This document shows, in pieces, positions 38,621 through 52,142 of a stretch of 64,000 bases of DNA. The position numbers and the translations under genes were made by a program. How positions within the stretch are numbered: the first letter of the stretch is position 1; the number at the start of each line of letters is the position of its first letter. Origin of the DNA: Paramecium tetraurelia (taxonomy: Eukaryota). Where the stretch lies: the NCBI GenBank assembly GCA_000165425.1, contig CT868004.1:124001-188000 (forward strand), read 5' to 3'. The notes beneath the pieces were generated by a model that was given only the letters and a program-made list of their open reading frames with translations, was not told the DNA's origin and made no database searches.

Positions 38621-39771
38621 TTTTATATAAATCTGATTAAAATTAAAAACTATTGAGAACACTTAAATATTCCGCGAACACAGTTTTCTTTCTTTTAGAA
38701 AAGAATTTTATTATTAAATGCCAGACTTTAATTAAAAAATAACTAAAGTGAATAGATTTTTAGAAATTTATAAAAACTTGTTTGATGATTAAAATAAAGA
38801 TATAAATTCTCACTCACATTAGAAATCTTAGATAATTAGCTTCTATTTATGAATTTATCAATGAAAATTGAACATAAAATGGATATGATACTTTTAGAGT
38901 TATTTTTTTATAATTATTTATGGAATTTTTAATACATTTTAAATTAGAATATATAATTTTGAATTATTTCCATTTATATGTTAATTTACCATTTTGTAAA
39001 ATTTTACTTGAAACTATTCAAATTCTGTTTTGGTTGATTTAAATAGTTCAATGAATAAACTTATTGATGATATTAGACGAATAATAATTTAAAAAATTCA
39101 ATTCTTTAACTCATGGATAATTGTATAACTAAGTGAAAAGATGAAAGATATCAGTATGAGAACCAAGCAAATTTCATAAAATTTTTCTTCATTTGATTTA
39201 GGATGTATTTTGTTGTCCTTTAAAGATGATTGGATGTTTTTGGTTCTTCTTTCTAATTCTATAATCTTTCTAAATCCTTATTTAATATTAGATGATTAAT
39301 ATTATTATCTATTAATTTACTCGGTGATGCTTTTGATTTTTAATTCTTATATGGCTTACAACATATTTCCTCTTGGTGCCTTCATTTATTAAGAATTACT
39401 ATTAGTTGATTCATGTAAATAATGCTTACGCTACAATTAATTCAATTATTAAATGTTGTTTGTGTCAATCTAGCTAATTCTCTTTTTAATTGTTGAGTAG
39501 GTTCTGATGTAATCAAAATTAATCATTATTGCATTTTTTTCCAAAATCTTCACCATCCTAGAAAAATGATGAAATGTATTTTTAGAAATTTTCATATGAT
39601 TTTTAATTAAAATTCATTTTGAATTATAAATTTTTGATGAGAAGTTATTTATATTAACTAAGTAAATTAAATCATATCATAATAATTTTTAATAATTGAA
39701 TATGGAATTATTAATAACTTATATGTTTTAAGTTTACAATTATTTATTTCAATTATAAATTTTTTTTTTGC

Positions 39772-40635
39772 ATGTTAGTAAAGAGATATCGAGTTCAACT
39801 GAACCATCTTCTATAGAATGATAATAAAGTTTACTATTAAATCACAGTTACTAAAGTAAATAATGAAAATCAAACCAAAACCACTATAAATCGATATTCA
39901 GAGTTAAAAAATTTTCATGAGCAGCTGCACAAAAATGTCACTCTCTTAAAACTCTAGATGCAATTACCGCAGTTTCCAGGAAGATGTCTCTTTAACAAAA
40001 CTAATCAGAATGAAGAAAAAATTGAAAAAAGGAAATATGATTTAGAATCATATTTCAATGAACTTTTTAGTATTGATAAAATAATTAGTTTGACTCCAGT
40101 CTAATAATATTTACCTATTGAAAGCATTTAAAATGAATAGTAAGAATGTGTTTAAGAATGTTAGGGTGAATATTAGTGTAAAGATTGAAAGCTATGTAAT
40201 ATATGATGGAGTTGTTGTATACGTACTTCGCTTCAAGAATAATTTCTCAAATGATGAATGGATATACAAAAAAAGGTATTCTGAAATCAAAAGTATTCAT
40301 GATGCTCTTCTTGATTAAGGATTCAAAAATAAGTTGCCATAATTCCCAACACGGAAATTATTTGGATAAACTAATGTAAATCCAGGTAAAATTTAAGTTA
40401 ATTTGTATAAGAAACTATAATAAAGAGGAAAGGAGACTTAGAGACTTATTTGAATGCTCTGTTCTGTACTCAAGAGTTATAAGAAAGTTAAATCATTAAA
40501 TTTCTTATTTCAGATTCAAAAAAATACCATGAAAAGAATCTCAAACTTGAGTAATTAAAAAAATGTTCTACTTTAAAGTCTAAAGGGTTAGACTCAAACC
40601 AAAGAGTCGAAGAAGATTTACAGAAAAGCAACTGA
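39772..40635 (+). CDS. Tandem PX (Phox)-domain protein
   Basis: Two copies of RYSE..H..L..LPQFP..LF..TN..I.KRK.DLE.Y. Confidence 0.88.
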
Positions 40636-40770
40636 TAAATAATGAAAATAAATGATTAATAACTTAAGATAAAATTCTCAATTTATTTTCTTTATATTTT
40701 TTAATTTTAAACCATTTCTAATTTTAATAGGCAATATTAAATTTTAAAATAATATTTTGCTCTTGTCAAA

Positions 40771-41267
40771 ATGGAATAAAGATCTTTTGGATTTATTAAC
40801 ATTGACAATTCTAACAAAAAAGGAATATTTTTGAATCCAATTTATAAGTATAATAGAAGTGCGAAGAAATTAAAGGGATTATTGAATGATGATTTCTCTC
40901 ATTTACAGCATAGCAACTTCAGGCAAATTGATCAATCAAGTCGAGTTGGATTTTCACCTCATAATTTATAAGAAATGGTCAATAAGGCAAAATTAAGATT
41001 TATTGAAACTTCTCCTAATTATATAATCAGAGGATAAGAAATATAAGTATTATTTTAATTGATTCACTTTAGACTGTACCATTTTATGTCAAGCAGAGGG
41101 ATGATTAACTCAAAAAAGTTAAGTCATTTAAATCGTCTTTTAGAAAATAAACTTAGAAAGAAGACGATGTTAATCAAAAAGTCTGTATATACTTAGCGCA
41201 AGCATTTTTTGTTATTCTGCTAGTCCTAATTGCTACTGAACTTGTTTTAAGAAAATAATTATATTGA
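40771..41267 (+). CDS. Small tail-anchored membrane protein
   Basis: One intron; C-terminal hydrophobic helix VCIYLAQAFFVILLVLIATELVL followed by RKQLY*. Confidence 0.65.
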
Positions 41268-41773
41268 AAATTTATAATACGCATTATAATGTATTTTTAT
41301 CTAGCATAACTGCACAATAATTAATAAATGAAAGCAATCTAATTTCTTAATTATAAGAAAAATCAATAATATTTAAAATAAAGTTATGAAAATAATATGG
41401 TTGGATAAAAATTTAGAAGGTTGTAATTATTAATATGATATTAAAATTGAAAGTTTTTTTATAGTAAAATTGTACATTCAAATGCTTTATATTTTTAAAG
41501 TTTATTTAACTTATTCAAAAATTGAGATAAGATAATAAACCCACTTAATTATGATAGAATTACTCAGGACTAGAAAAGAGTGAATTTAATTTTTATTTAA
41601 CTTTAAAATAGTATATTAAATATTGCATTGCTCATAGTAGCTCTTATATGCTAATCTCTACTCTTTTTGACCAAAAATTAATTATTTACATATGAAAACA
41701 TATGGTATTTATAAATATTTACTTTGAATTGCACGCACAATTTTCACTTAATTTTAATTTAATAATAAAATTA

Positions 41774-43422
41774 ATGAAAGCTGATAGTTTTCACTCAGCA
41801 TTATCAGATAAGCATGCTAAATATAATTAGTTTATATGTTCATAGCTTTTTGCAGGTTATAAAGTTCGAAATAAGGACTAATTAAAAAAACAGCATATAC
41901 TCTCCAACACATCAGATGAATAAAAAATGGTTAACAATCTTACTGCTTCATAAAGTTATTTAAATGCAATGAAAGCATTGTAGGAAAAGATCAAATAACT
42001 GGAATTCGAGAACTTAAGTTTATAGACTCTAGTGGTATTGACGGATTATAAATTAGTCATCAAATGATTACAAGAGTATCCTTAAATCTAATGAGAGAAA
42101 GATTAAGGAATCAAGTGTGCATTTAAAAACTAGTGAAAACATATAAATTAAAGAACTTGAATCCAAGTTAATGCAACAGGAATTTACATCTAAATTAAGG
42201 TTCGAGGATTATGAATGCAAAATAGAACAATTACAGCATAATTTATTGAGCATTACATAACAAGCCGATCAAAGAAACAAGGAATGCATGGAAGAAATCT
42301 AAAATTTGTAATTTTTTTGTTTTAAATTAAGAAATGATTAGCTGAGTAATTAAGAAGAAAATAATATTAATTTCAGAAACAAGGTTAACTCCTATAATTA
42401 ATTTCTATTCCAAGAAAAATAAGTAACTATATAAAGTATGTTAGAATTATTCAAATTTATAATTCCTTTTTGAATAAGAGAAAAATGAGAAAAGATTTTT
42501 GTTTGAAAATAATGAAAAATTATAGTAAGAAATATTAAATTTGAAAGAAAAATTATTTGAAGCAGAACCTTATATATAATAATATACAGCTTATTATAAT
42601 GATAAAAAGTTAAGAAGTAACTTAATATATATTGTAGAATTGGAGAATGAAAACAATAAATTAAAATATTAAATAGAGCATTTGAAAACGGAGAATGAAT
42701 AACTTTAAAAATCAATCTAGAACTTGAATTCAAATTTAGATTTAACAAAAAAAGAACTTGAAGAATCGGAGTACACAAAAGTAAAGAAATCTTCCGAATC
42801 AAATGTAAGAATAGAGTAATTAAAATAATAATTAATTACTTTGTCATCAAAATCTAATCTATCCACTCTAAGTCCAAGAATAACTTAAAAAAAGAACATT
42901 AAATAAGTCTCATCCAAAGAAATGTCAATAAAGGCATAAAAAATTAGAGATCTAAGATAAATCAAAAGCAGAAGTCTAAATAAATTGAATGATCCTTAAT
43001 TTCTAACTCAATCTTAATCTATGCAAAATAATAACTTTTAGAACTAAAAATAATAAGGGTATGATTCACAAAGTAGTGGAGTCAGTCGATTGATAGTAAA
43101 GACTTTAGAAGAGAATTATCCATCTTAGGAATACAAAAATGCAGTTATCATTTGTGATGAAATTACTTAGACTGATTAATAATTTTGTAGAAAACAATAG
43201 AAATATCTCAGAGCAATTTAAAGAATTAAGTTTTTGGATGAGCAATTAGCTGCACTCAATTTATAATACTAAGATATCGAAGAGTAGATTTAATAATAAA
43301 CAGACATGAATATTAAAAAAGAAAAGAGATAGAAACTACTAGAGATAATCGATTAAATGTAAGATGTTAACAAAGAATTAAATGATCTTGTAACTATATA
43401 GAAACTTGCTTCATAATAATGA
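41774..43422 (+). CDS. Long coiled-coil protein (Cep57-like N-terminal motif)
   Basis: YLNAMKALQEKIKQLEFEN; mini-introns join it to a long coiled coil ending TGA 43420-43422. Confidence 0.7.
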
Positions 43423-45165
43423 TTCTTCGCATTGTATTTTTTTGTCCGTATAACATACTTGTAATTATTAACTTTAATTTGAGGATTTGTTAAGACTTAA
43501 TTTAAAATTGTGAGTTGAATTACTTCTTAAATAAAACATATTGTCTCTTGGACCTAAATATATCGATTTTATATTACTTGATTGTTATTAATATGATTTT
43601 CCTAATAAAGAGAATCCTTTATTTTTATGTGCTGACTAACTTCTATAAAACTTTTTTAATGAACTAACTATAGGTTTAGGAGTATGAACACTCTTAATCA
43701 ATAATCTTGTTGGTTATTATTGAGAATTATCATTATTATTATTGTTATTGTTGTTGTTGTTATTATTAGTATTATTGTTATTACTTGATTCATCTCCTAA
43801 ATAGGATGTTATTGGCCTTTTAGGTTATTTAGGAATCTATGGATTTTTAATTTTGACAATTCCATGTTAAATCAAGACTGAAAATTACTATCTTTTATAA
43901 TTAGATCCTTTTTAAATATAGTTAAGTGGATCATGGACTTTTTCAAATAATTAATAGGGGTTATTGTAATGTTGTTGTCTTTGTATGAATTATTATAACG
44001 TTATTTCATTTGTTTTTTTAGTAGATTCCAATTATTTTTATTTGAAATATTGCTATATAAAATTAGGTATCTTTTTAAAAGGACTTTTAGTTCTTTGAAA
44101 ATCTCCTAGTTCTTCATCTTAACAATTTGGAGTGTTACTAATATTGATTTTGGTCACATTCATTGTAGTATTATTGGTCTACTGCTACTTTTCAGAAGTA
44201 GATTTGAGAACTTTAAAACTAATGGTTTTCTTAATTTCCGAGTTAATAATCTATTATTTACTGGTAGTTTACCAGTTCTTTTCCATTTCTTCACATTATT
44301 GCTTAAAGATTTCCTCTCTTTAAGCATGCTTATCATTAAACAAATCTTATAAGGATTGGATAACAACGTTGATGTTTAAGAAGTTCTTCAGCTGTTTAAC
44401 TGAAATCATTTACAAAACTGCAATTTTCGAGATTACCTTAACATTATAAAATGCAAACTCTTATTTAAGTAGTTCTTCACCGATTACACCTGAATTCGTA
44501 AGTTAGCAAATGTTGACTTCTGTTTGCCAATATTTTTTAGGCAGAACTTGTTTTTCGTAATGAGTCATTTTCTTTTCATACAATCGAGAAATTTATAAGA
44601 CCCCTTCTGACAGAACATAAAGAGATTATGCTGGCTCGTTCTATTTGTAAATGATGGCACCAGCTGATAGTGTGGTTTCTGTAAAAGTTCTAATGAGTTT
44701 TTCTTAAATTTTGCTTGAGTTTATTTTGTCTATTGATGTGATATTTTATAATAAAATATTTTTGCGATATTGAAAATTAGATCCATGAGTGTGATTAAAA
44801 TTCTTATATGTGTTTATGGGCACTATGATGCAATGCGTATCGACCTTAGTAAATCAAATTTTGTACCACTACATAGAACGAGTAATCTAAATCGTACCAT
44901 GTATCCACACTATATGAATCGCCATTATCGGCTAGAATCTACCCTTTTAAAATGAAGTAAGCATACTCACTTTTATTGCTTACATGCTCACCATGTTTGA
45001 ATTATTTATAATTCATACTATAACATAGCTATATAAAACTCGTTATACCTCTTTTAGGATCTCATATGGAGCATGAAATTACGGTAATTGACTCATATAA
45101 TCTTGAATAGCTGCTATATCTTCCTATGATTTATGGGTTTTGCTTAATCTGGGAATGAGGTACAT
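43411..45165 (-). CDS. Cyclic-nucleotide-binding-like domain protein
   Basis: GAIIYKQNEPAQSLYVLSEGVLQI..GVIGEELL plus a degenerate first domain (YAYFILKGQI); poly-Asn low-complexity tail. Confidence 0.78.
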
Positions 45166-45213
45166 AGTTAAGATTAATTAATTATTTATAAAAATAGAAT
45201 TTATATCACAAAA

Positions 45214-48200
45214 TCATTCACTTTCTTCTACTAATAACACTCTCATATAACGCTCAAATTAATCTTCTAAAAGAGTGATAGAAGTAGGTAACAATTGGAT
45301 GAATCTCTTTACAATGTTATACTCAATTTCTAAATATCTTTTGAATCCGAAGATTAATACTAAAATTGAGAGAACTGCAAATATTAGATAGATCGTTGAC
45401 AAAACCTACTTATTATAATTTAAAATACCGAAGAAATGTTTTACAAGTCAGTTGTTACACCCAACATACTTGATTTTAGTTTTTATGTCATTAACTAAAA
45501 TACTCTCACCATTATAATACCAGCCTCATTATCATAAAATGGATGCTCCAATCGCTTAGTAAAATTGTTGACAATGATCTATGTTCTGATTTGATTTTTC
45601 ATAAAATTCAATGCAGCAATCACTCCCTTTAAAAAATTCCCTTAAATTGATATAGTGCAAAAATCTTCCAAAAAAGACAATTGCTCTGGTGTAAGAATAT
45701 CGCAAACTGATTCTTTTTGTATTATATTGAAAAATGAAACAAAATCATCATTTACCTAATATTCATTCTAATCAAAAGTAGTACACAAAATATTAAACTT
45801 CTCTATGTTATCAATTCCAGAATATATTAGATTAAAGATAATTTCCTCATCCTTTGAAGTCAAATAAGTAAAATTACCAAATATAAAATGATAATCTCTA
45901 TTTTAATATAAGGTAGCTGATGAATATGTCATGTCTTAGATTAACTTATAAATATCAACGGTACCAGAGTATTTATTCAAATAGTTCATTTATCCTTAGA
46001 AAATTATAATGCTTAAACCAAAGAATATCATCCAAATGCCGATTATTAAGGATGTTCCAAGAATAATAGATATTGATTCATATTAGAATTGAATACTTCT
46101 TTATTAATCTTTGTTCTTCCTACTCAAAGCATCTTAAATTTTAGCCTATGTAATTAATTACAACTCTTTTTGATTTAAGTCAAAGTTGTAAAGAAATATT
46201 TAATCTGGATTTTTTTATAAAGATCTCTGTATTATCTTGTATCTATCAATCTCATATTACAATTTATTTTAATTACAAAATTTGAACATCCCTAAGTATT
46301 TATCATACCTTTGGTTATATTATCTATAGTAATAGATTTCACTAAGAGTTAGAAGTATTGTTATTATTATAAAAATAATCCATATGATACTCCAATCTTT
46401 AGTTATTTATTCACTTCGATACTTAGAGTATTCTAGTATTTCTAATGTTAGGATTTCTAACCAATCATGCAGATAAAATTGATTTGCAACTCCAAAAACT
46501 TGGATTGCACTCCCAGATGTGCTCATTCTGTTTTCATATCTATACTTATACTAATATAAATTTTAAATAATCTATTAGAAAGCCTCACGGATATTTAATG
46601 CCTTGGTATATATATCACTTGTATCAGCATCCATGAAAACCATATCGATTGATTTATTTTCGAAAAAGGGTTATAAGTTTTAATTTGTTAACTATTCGAT
46701 GAAGATTTCTTTAATTTCCTAGTATCCAATCTAAATATTATCATAGAATGGTTTTGTAAGTGTGTTGGCTTGAGATTAATTGATCGCCCCTTCATTTACA
46801 TAAGAATTGTAGGATATAATAGCAATTCTCATAGACACAAATATATCATGTGGAGCCATGAAACTACTGTGCAATTCTATCATATCAATTTCAGAAATGA
46901 ATTGATTCAGATCATTTTAATTTTTTGTAACTATTATTATAAAATGTATGCTTCCTATTATAAATTAGCAAATCAATAATATTATGAGTAATTTTAGTTG
47001 TTTAGGATTATGTGGTGCTATTACTTACTGATACATTTGATATTTCTTAAAAAACCTTGATTTTTTAGCACCTGCATAAGAAGATGAATTAGTATCCTCT
47101 CCCTTGACTCTAAGCTATGGTTTATGAATTTATTCCTCTTATTACATATCGAAGGCTTAACCAAAATTGTTTTTTGAAGAAAAAGAGTTTGCTCCAACTT
47201 GCTATTCACCTACTTAACTAAAGAACTCTTGTTGTCTAACTTTTAAAAGAGGATTAGCTGAATTTAAAGCAATAGGATTCATACTTATATCCATTGGGCT
47301 CATTAAATTTATTTCATAATGAGCCATATCCGGTTGATAAAACTATTGCCATTTATCATTATCGCCTTAAACTATAAATTAGTTTACATCCCTATTAAAA
47401 GCCTCGAATTTTGTCTAATCAATTTTAAGCGCAACAGGTGAGTTTATTATTGCTTCCTGATCGGAAACATAAGAAAAAGCTTAATCAAAGGAATTGCAAT
47501 TCTAATCTAAAATTTACTATTTGTACACGAAATCTGTCTTTATTTCTTTAATCTCTATGATGTAATATGAAAATCCAAATAATTCTCTGGAATTGATTGA
47601 TATTAGAATTTCACAATGAATCAGATTATCTGGGTTATTCCATTCGTTAAAATTGCTCTTAGCGTTATTTCTTTATTCTTCTGCAATTAAAGGATTGACT
47701 AGAATAGATTAATTTAAGAACTTAAATTCAGTTACATGCAATTATTCTTTCTGATTTACAAGTTACTTAAAATTAGGAATTAAGAATTCAATACTTACTT
47801 GATTTAAATATTGAGATTGGATATTTTCTAAATAATAATTTGTGTATCCTAATTTGTCTAAGAGATTTTAGGTTATTCCTCCTAATTAATAATTTACATC
47901 AACCATTAAAAAGGCTGATGTTTGAAAATTATCTTAAAAAAATGCTAAAAATGATATTTAGGTCATATCACTGAAATTAACTTCAAAAAAGAATTCACAT
48001 GGTTTTATTATCTCATTTTAAACTCTATAAAAATTCATATTCTTTTTTAAGTAAAATCTTGATACCGAGGTTTATAAGAATCGCTAGACCAAAAGGGAAT
48101 GCTCATTCTTAATAGCTGAAGGAATCAAATAATCTATTGAACTATTTAGTTTAAAGTCATCATAGGTTTTTTAGAAAAATTAGCAAACCCTAGGGGTTAT

Positions 48201-50259
48201 ATTTTGAATTAATAACTCTTAGTTTTCCTCAAATAACCTAATATTTAAATAAATTAGACCTTTATTAAATAAAGTATATTCTGCATCTGTATTATTGTGT
48301 AAATTATTCAACTTATCATCTGAAATAGATGTATTACAAGTAATCTTATGGGCATCTAAATAGTTATCAAATATCTCTCCTTAACAATAAGTATAAAGGG
48401 ATTGAATTCGCTGACTTGGAAAATATTTGTAAAGCTTTAATAGTTTGCTTTCCAATATTTCCACTTTCAAACACAATTCTTTTGAAACCTTAAACAATTA
48501 AGACAACTTAATATGCTTCACTTATTGTAATTAGATGAAAAATTATAATTTAGAATTCACTAAATTCAAAACTTGATCTTTCAGACTTTGATTTCTCTTC
48601 TCACTTTTAAGGAACATTTCAATGGCATTTTATAATCCAAAAGAATTACTATTTATTTCTCTGTATTGAAATGATTACTTCAATCTATCTCTTACTTTTT
48701 CCCTTAATATTATAACCCTAACATTCTAATAAAATGTCAATGTGTGATTTCCAGTCGTTGCTAACATCTTGTTAGTTTTATTTATCTAGTGATTTCCTGC
48801 CTCTTATACTTCCTAAGATTTTGATGATCTACTAAATGAGGATTTATTTCCAGGATGTAGAGTATTGAGCGATTTCATTTAGTCGCTCTAATTGTCTTTT
48901 GCAAAGGATCGACTATGTTTATTAAAATTAGTATTAAATAACAAAACATTAATTTGTTTAAGTGACAAATTGTTCAATCCAATTTTAAATAAAATAGCTG
49001 CATAATGAATGTAATGATTGGCGTTTCTTGATTTACTATTTGTTCTTTAAAGTTCTTTCAAGTACTTCTTGATAAGAGTTTTATAATAGAAATTCATCAA
49101 TTCTTTAGGCATAAATTCTTAATTTACACTCTACAATGGCAATTAGGCAATTGGCTCAAGATTCCTTTTCTATTGATATAATTATATAATTTTAGCATAG
49201 ATGATAATCTTCTGTGGAAATGATGAAAACTCTTCATTAAAAAACTTAGAAAGCACATATTTGCAATGAGCAATTTTAAAACTAAGTTGCATTTGTTGAG
49301 ATCTTAAAATCATATGAGTGGTGAACTTTTACTAATAAATAATTAAGCAAAGGAACCAAAATATACAGCAAAACATTGATATATAAAGAGATATTCACTT
49401 AAAGATTGGTTAATATCAGGATAGATTGAATAAATTAGTACGAAGCAAATGTAATTGATATGAATATTATGTTGTTTAAACAAGTTATTAGGCTAAACAT
49501 ATTAATTAGTATCATTAAGGATATTAGTAATAAGAGTATTGCTTAAATGGATTCATTAAATTTAGGTATATGGTAATAAACTATAATTTGAAAAAGGGTA
49601 GTAATCCAAATAACGAAATCAATAAAGCTCAGTTTTAATGTTAAAAAACTGTTTAAATCAAAATCTATTGATTCTCTGCAAAGGAGGAAGGTCAAAAAAT
49701 TTAATGAACATAACAATATCAAGGTGATTATTGCAAATATTATGTTTATGTAATTACTCTCGATATTGAGACTCTAATCAAAATTAAATGCCAAGGACTT
49801 GAAACATAAGGAACAAAATGGAATCTATAAGTAGATTGGTTGTAGTTAAAAAACCATCGAACTTAAATTTATATAAGGTAAGAGTTTGCTCCTTTTTCTT
49901 TTAGAATCATCACTACGCTTCTATTCAACTAACAGAATCAGAGGAATCACATTGAACATTATGGTTAAGGTCAAAGGTATCAAGTATTCAAACTCAGGAG
50001 TATTTGTAGAAATAATTAAATCAGGCCGAGCAATCACTTCTAAATACCAAAATTAATTAATTGGTGTTTGTATTTACTCATTAAATTGTGGATTTTAGTT
50101 GTTGTGAAAATTTTAGAAGAGCATCGGTTGGAGTAATCCTAAAAAATAAAAGCCACTTAATACAAATTTTTTCACTTTGATGCTATGATAGAGGTTAAGG
50201 ATTGAATTTATAAACTATTCTTTGACTTCAAATTTAGATTTTTCTTTTTAGGTGAACAT
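45214..50259 (-). CDS. Large multipass membrane protein with PAS-like region (TmcB/TmcC-like architecture)
   Basis: N-terminal TM cluster; IDYLIPSAIKNEHSLLVQRFLQT (PAS-like); C-terminal TM segments ending KRFIQLLPTSITLLED; about 1670 aa. Confidence 0.8.
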
Positions 50260-50994
50260 TGATTCTCGAATTCAAATTTAATTTTTGAGGTAAGATTTCA
50301 AAGAAATTATTATAAAAATTAGAAAATTAATAAAAATAATTTTTGTTTACTCTCCTAAGAAATTTAGTGATATTTCTACTCTACGACATAATATGAATCA
50401 TGGGTTTTCATTACTTATAAGGAAAATCTCTGAATGAGTTTTTTAGAAGATAATTAAAGCTAAAATTATTTATATTAAAATTAAGAAATGGATATTTCAA
50501 TTTAACGATGTGAGAAAAGGGAGTAAAATATCATAATGAGTATATGGGATGCAAGTTAATATGAGAAATTTAGAATTTAAATCAAACTATTATGTGTTTG
50601 CTCCAGGAAAATGCTTTTTTAGGTCATTATTGATTTGAGATAATTTAAGAGCTTACTTTTTGGATGAATTCCTTAAAAAAATGAAATTGCTAAAATCTTG
50701 ATAATTAATTAGATGGATTTGGAGGTTTTATGGATCATAACATATGAATATAGAGAAGAAACTAGCAAGATAACTAAAAGAGTATTATAATTTGAGATAT
50801 CAAACAAGAATTGGTCTCAAGGTTTATAAAGTATTTCATCCTTTAACTGGGATAGCAATTATACAATTCAATAAAACAAATATGTGTCAATTTTTATTTG
50901 GGATTTTATATATACTTAAAATAAACCAGGAGAATTATTGAAGAAAAAAAATGATATTATTAATCTAAGAATTAGTACTTTTAAAGTTATAATT

Positions 50995-51067
50995 GATCGC
51001 GTGGTGTAGGGGTTATCACGCGTCCCTAACAAGGACGAGGCCGCCAGTTCGAGACTGGCCGTGATCA
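50995..51067 (+). tRNA. trnV-AAC: tRNA-Val (anticodon AAC)
   Basis: Acceptor GATCGCG/CGTGATC+A; D stem GTG/CAC; anticodon stem CGTCC/GGACG with loop CT-AAC-AA; T arm GCCAG-TTCGAGA-CTGGC; followed by a T-run Pol III terminator. Confidence 0.97.
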
Positions 51068-52142
51068 TTTTTTTTATTTCGAAATTATCTTGTATTTTTT
51101 CAATCATAGAAATTTTCAGGCCCCTAATCCCTACTATTTAATAAAATTAAAATCAGGAGATTAAAAAGGACTATGGCTACATTATTATTTCAATAAAAAT
51201 GCCCATGAATAAAAGATAAAATTATTAAATCTTTAAAGATTTAGCTAATTGAAGAAAAATTTTTTCTGGGTTTGAAGTACAAATTATTGCACTTAATTAA
51301 ATTTCAACACTAGTTTAAAAAATTGCTTATTATTCATAATTAATTATCAGGCAAATTTAATCAAAATTTGAAATTAAAAATAACTTATCTAAAGGAGTCT
51401 TCGTAATTTATATAATATAAACTAAATTTAATGCTATGAAATAATTTAATCACAAATATATAATAAAAACAAAAATAGAAAATTAATGTTATTATAAGAT
51501 ACAAGATAAATGATTAGAGCTAATTAGAAAAGAAGTAAATTCCAAATGATAAAACTAATAGTACTAAAAATCAGTGTGGACTTTAAGTGAAAATATAAAT
51601 ATTTGATTGAGATTAGAGAACAGAAAGTTGTGATTATTCAATTAATTTAAAACAACATAGCTGCATTTCTATTAATCTATAATTACATCGTTACTTGGCT
51701 AAATTTATATATTTTTATAATCTTTTGAAAGAATGCAAAACAAGAGTAGGAACTTAAGTGTTCAATCTCTTAATCATAAGAAGTTTAGGCTATTATGAAA
51801 GCATTCTTCCTCTTTAATGCGAAATCTAATAAAGATTAATAGAGCTAAAGATTTGGTGTAATAAGGTTTTCTATTCATAAGTAAAACATTAGATTAGTAA
51901 AGGAATTGTAAAAATATTAAGAGATAAAAGGATTTTGGAAATTAAAATTGATGAAAAGAATAGAGAACTTGTAGGATATCATGTAAATGGAATTATATAA
52001 TTTATAAATATTCTTTATTGATCATAGAATCGGGATATCAGTGGATGAAGCATTGCAAATATGAGTCGTTCAGAATTAAAGATGTAACAGTGATATTTTT
52101 ATTGAGATAATTAATTAATAGTTCAAATTTAATATAGGAAAA

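Noticed and set aside
50916..51107. 63-aa minus-strand ORF
   Set aside because: Overlaps the tRNA-Val gene antisense; no coding support
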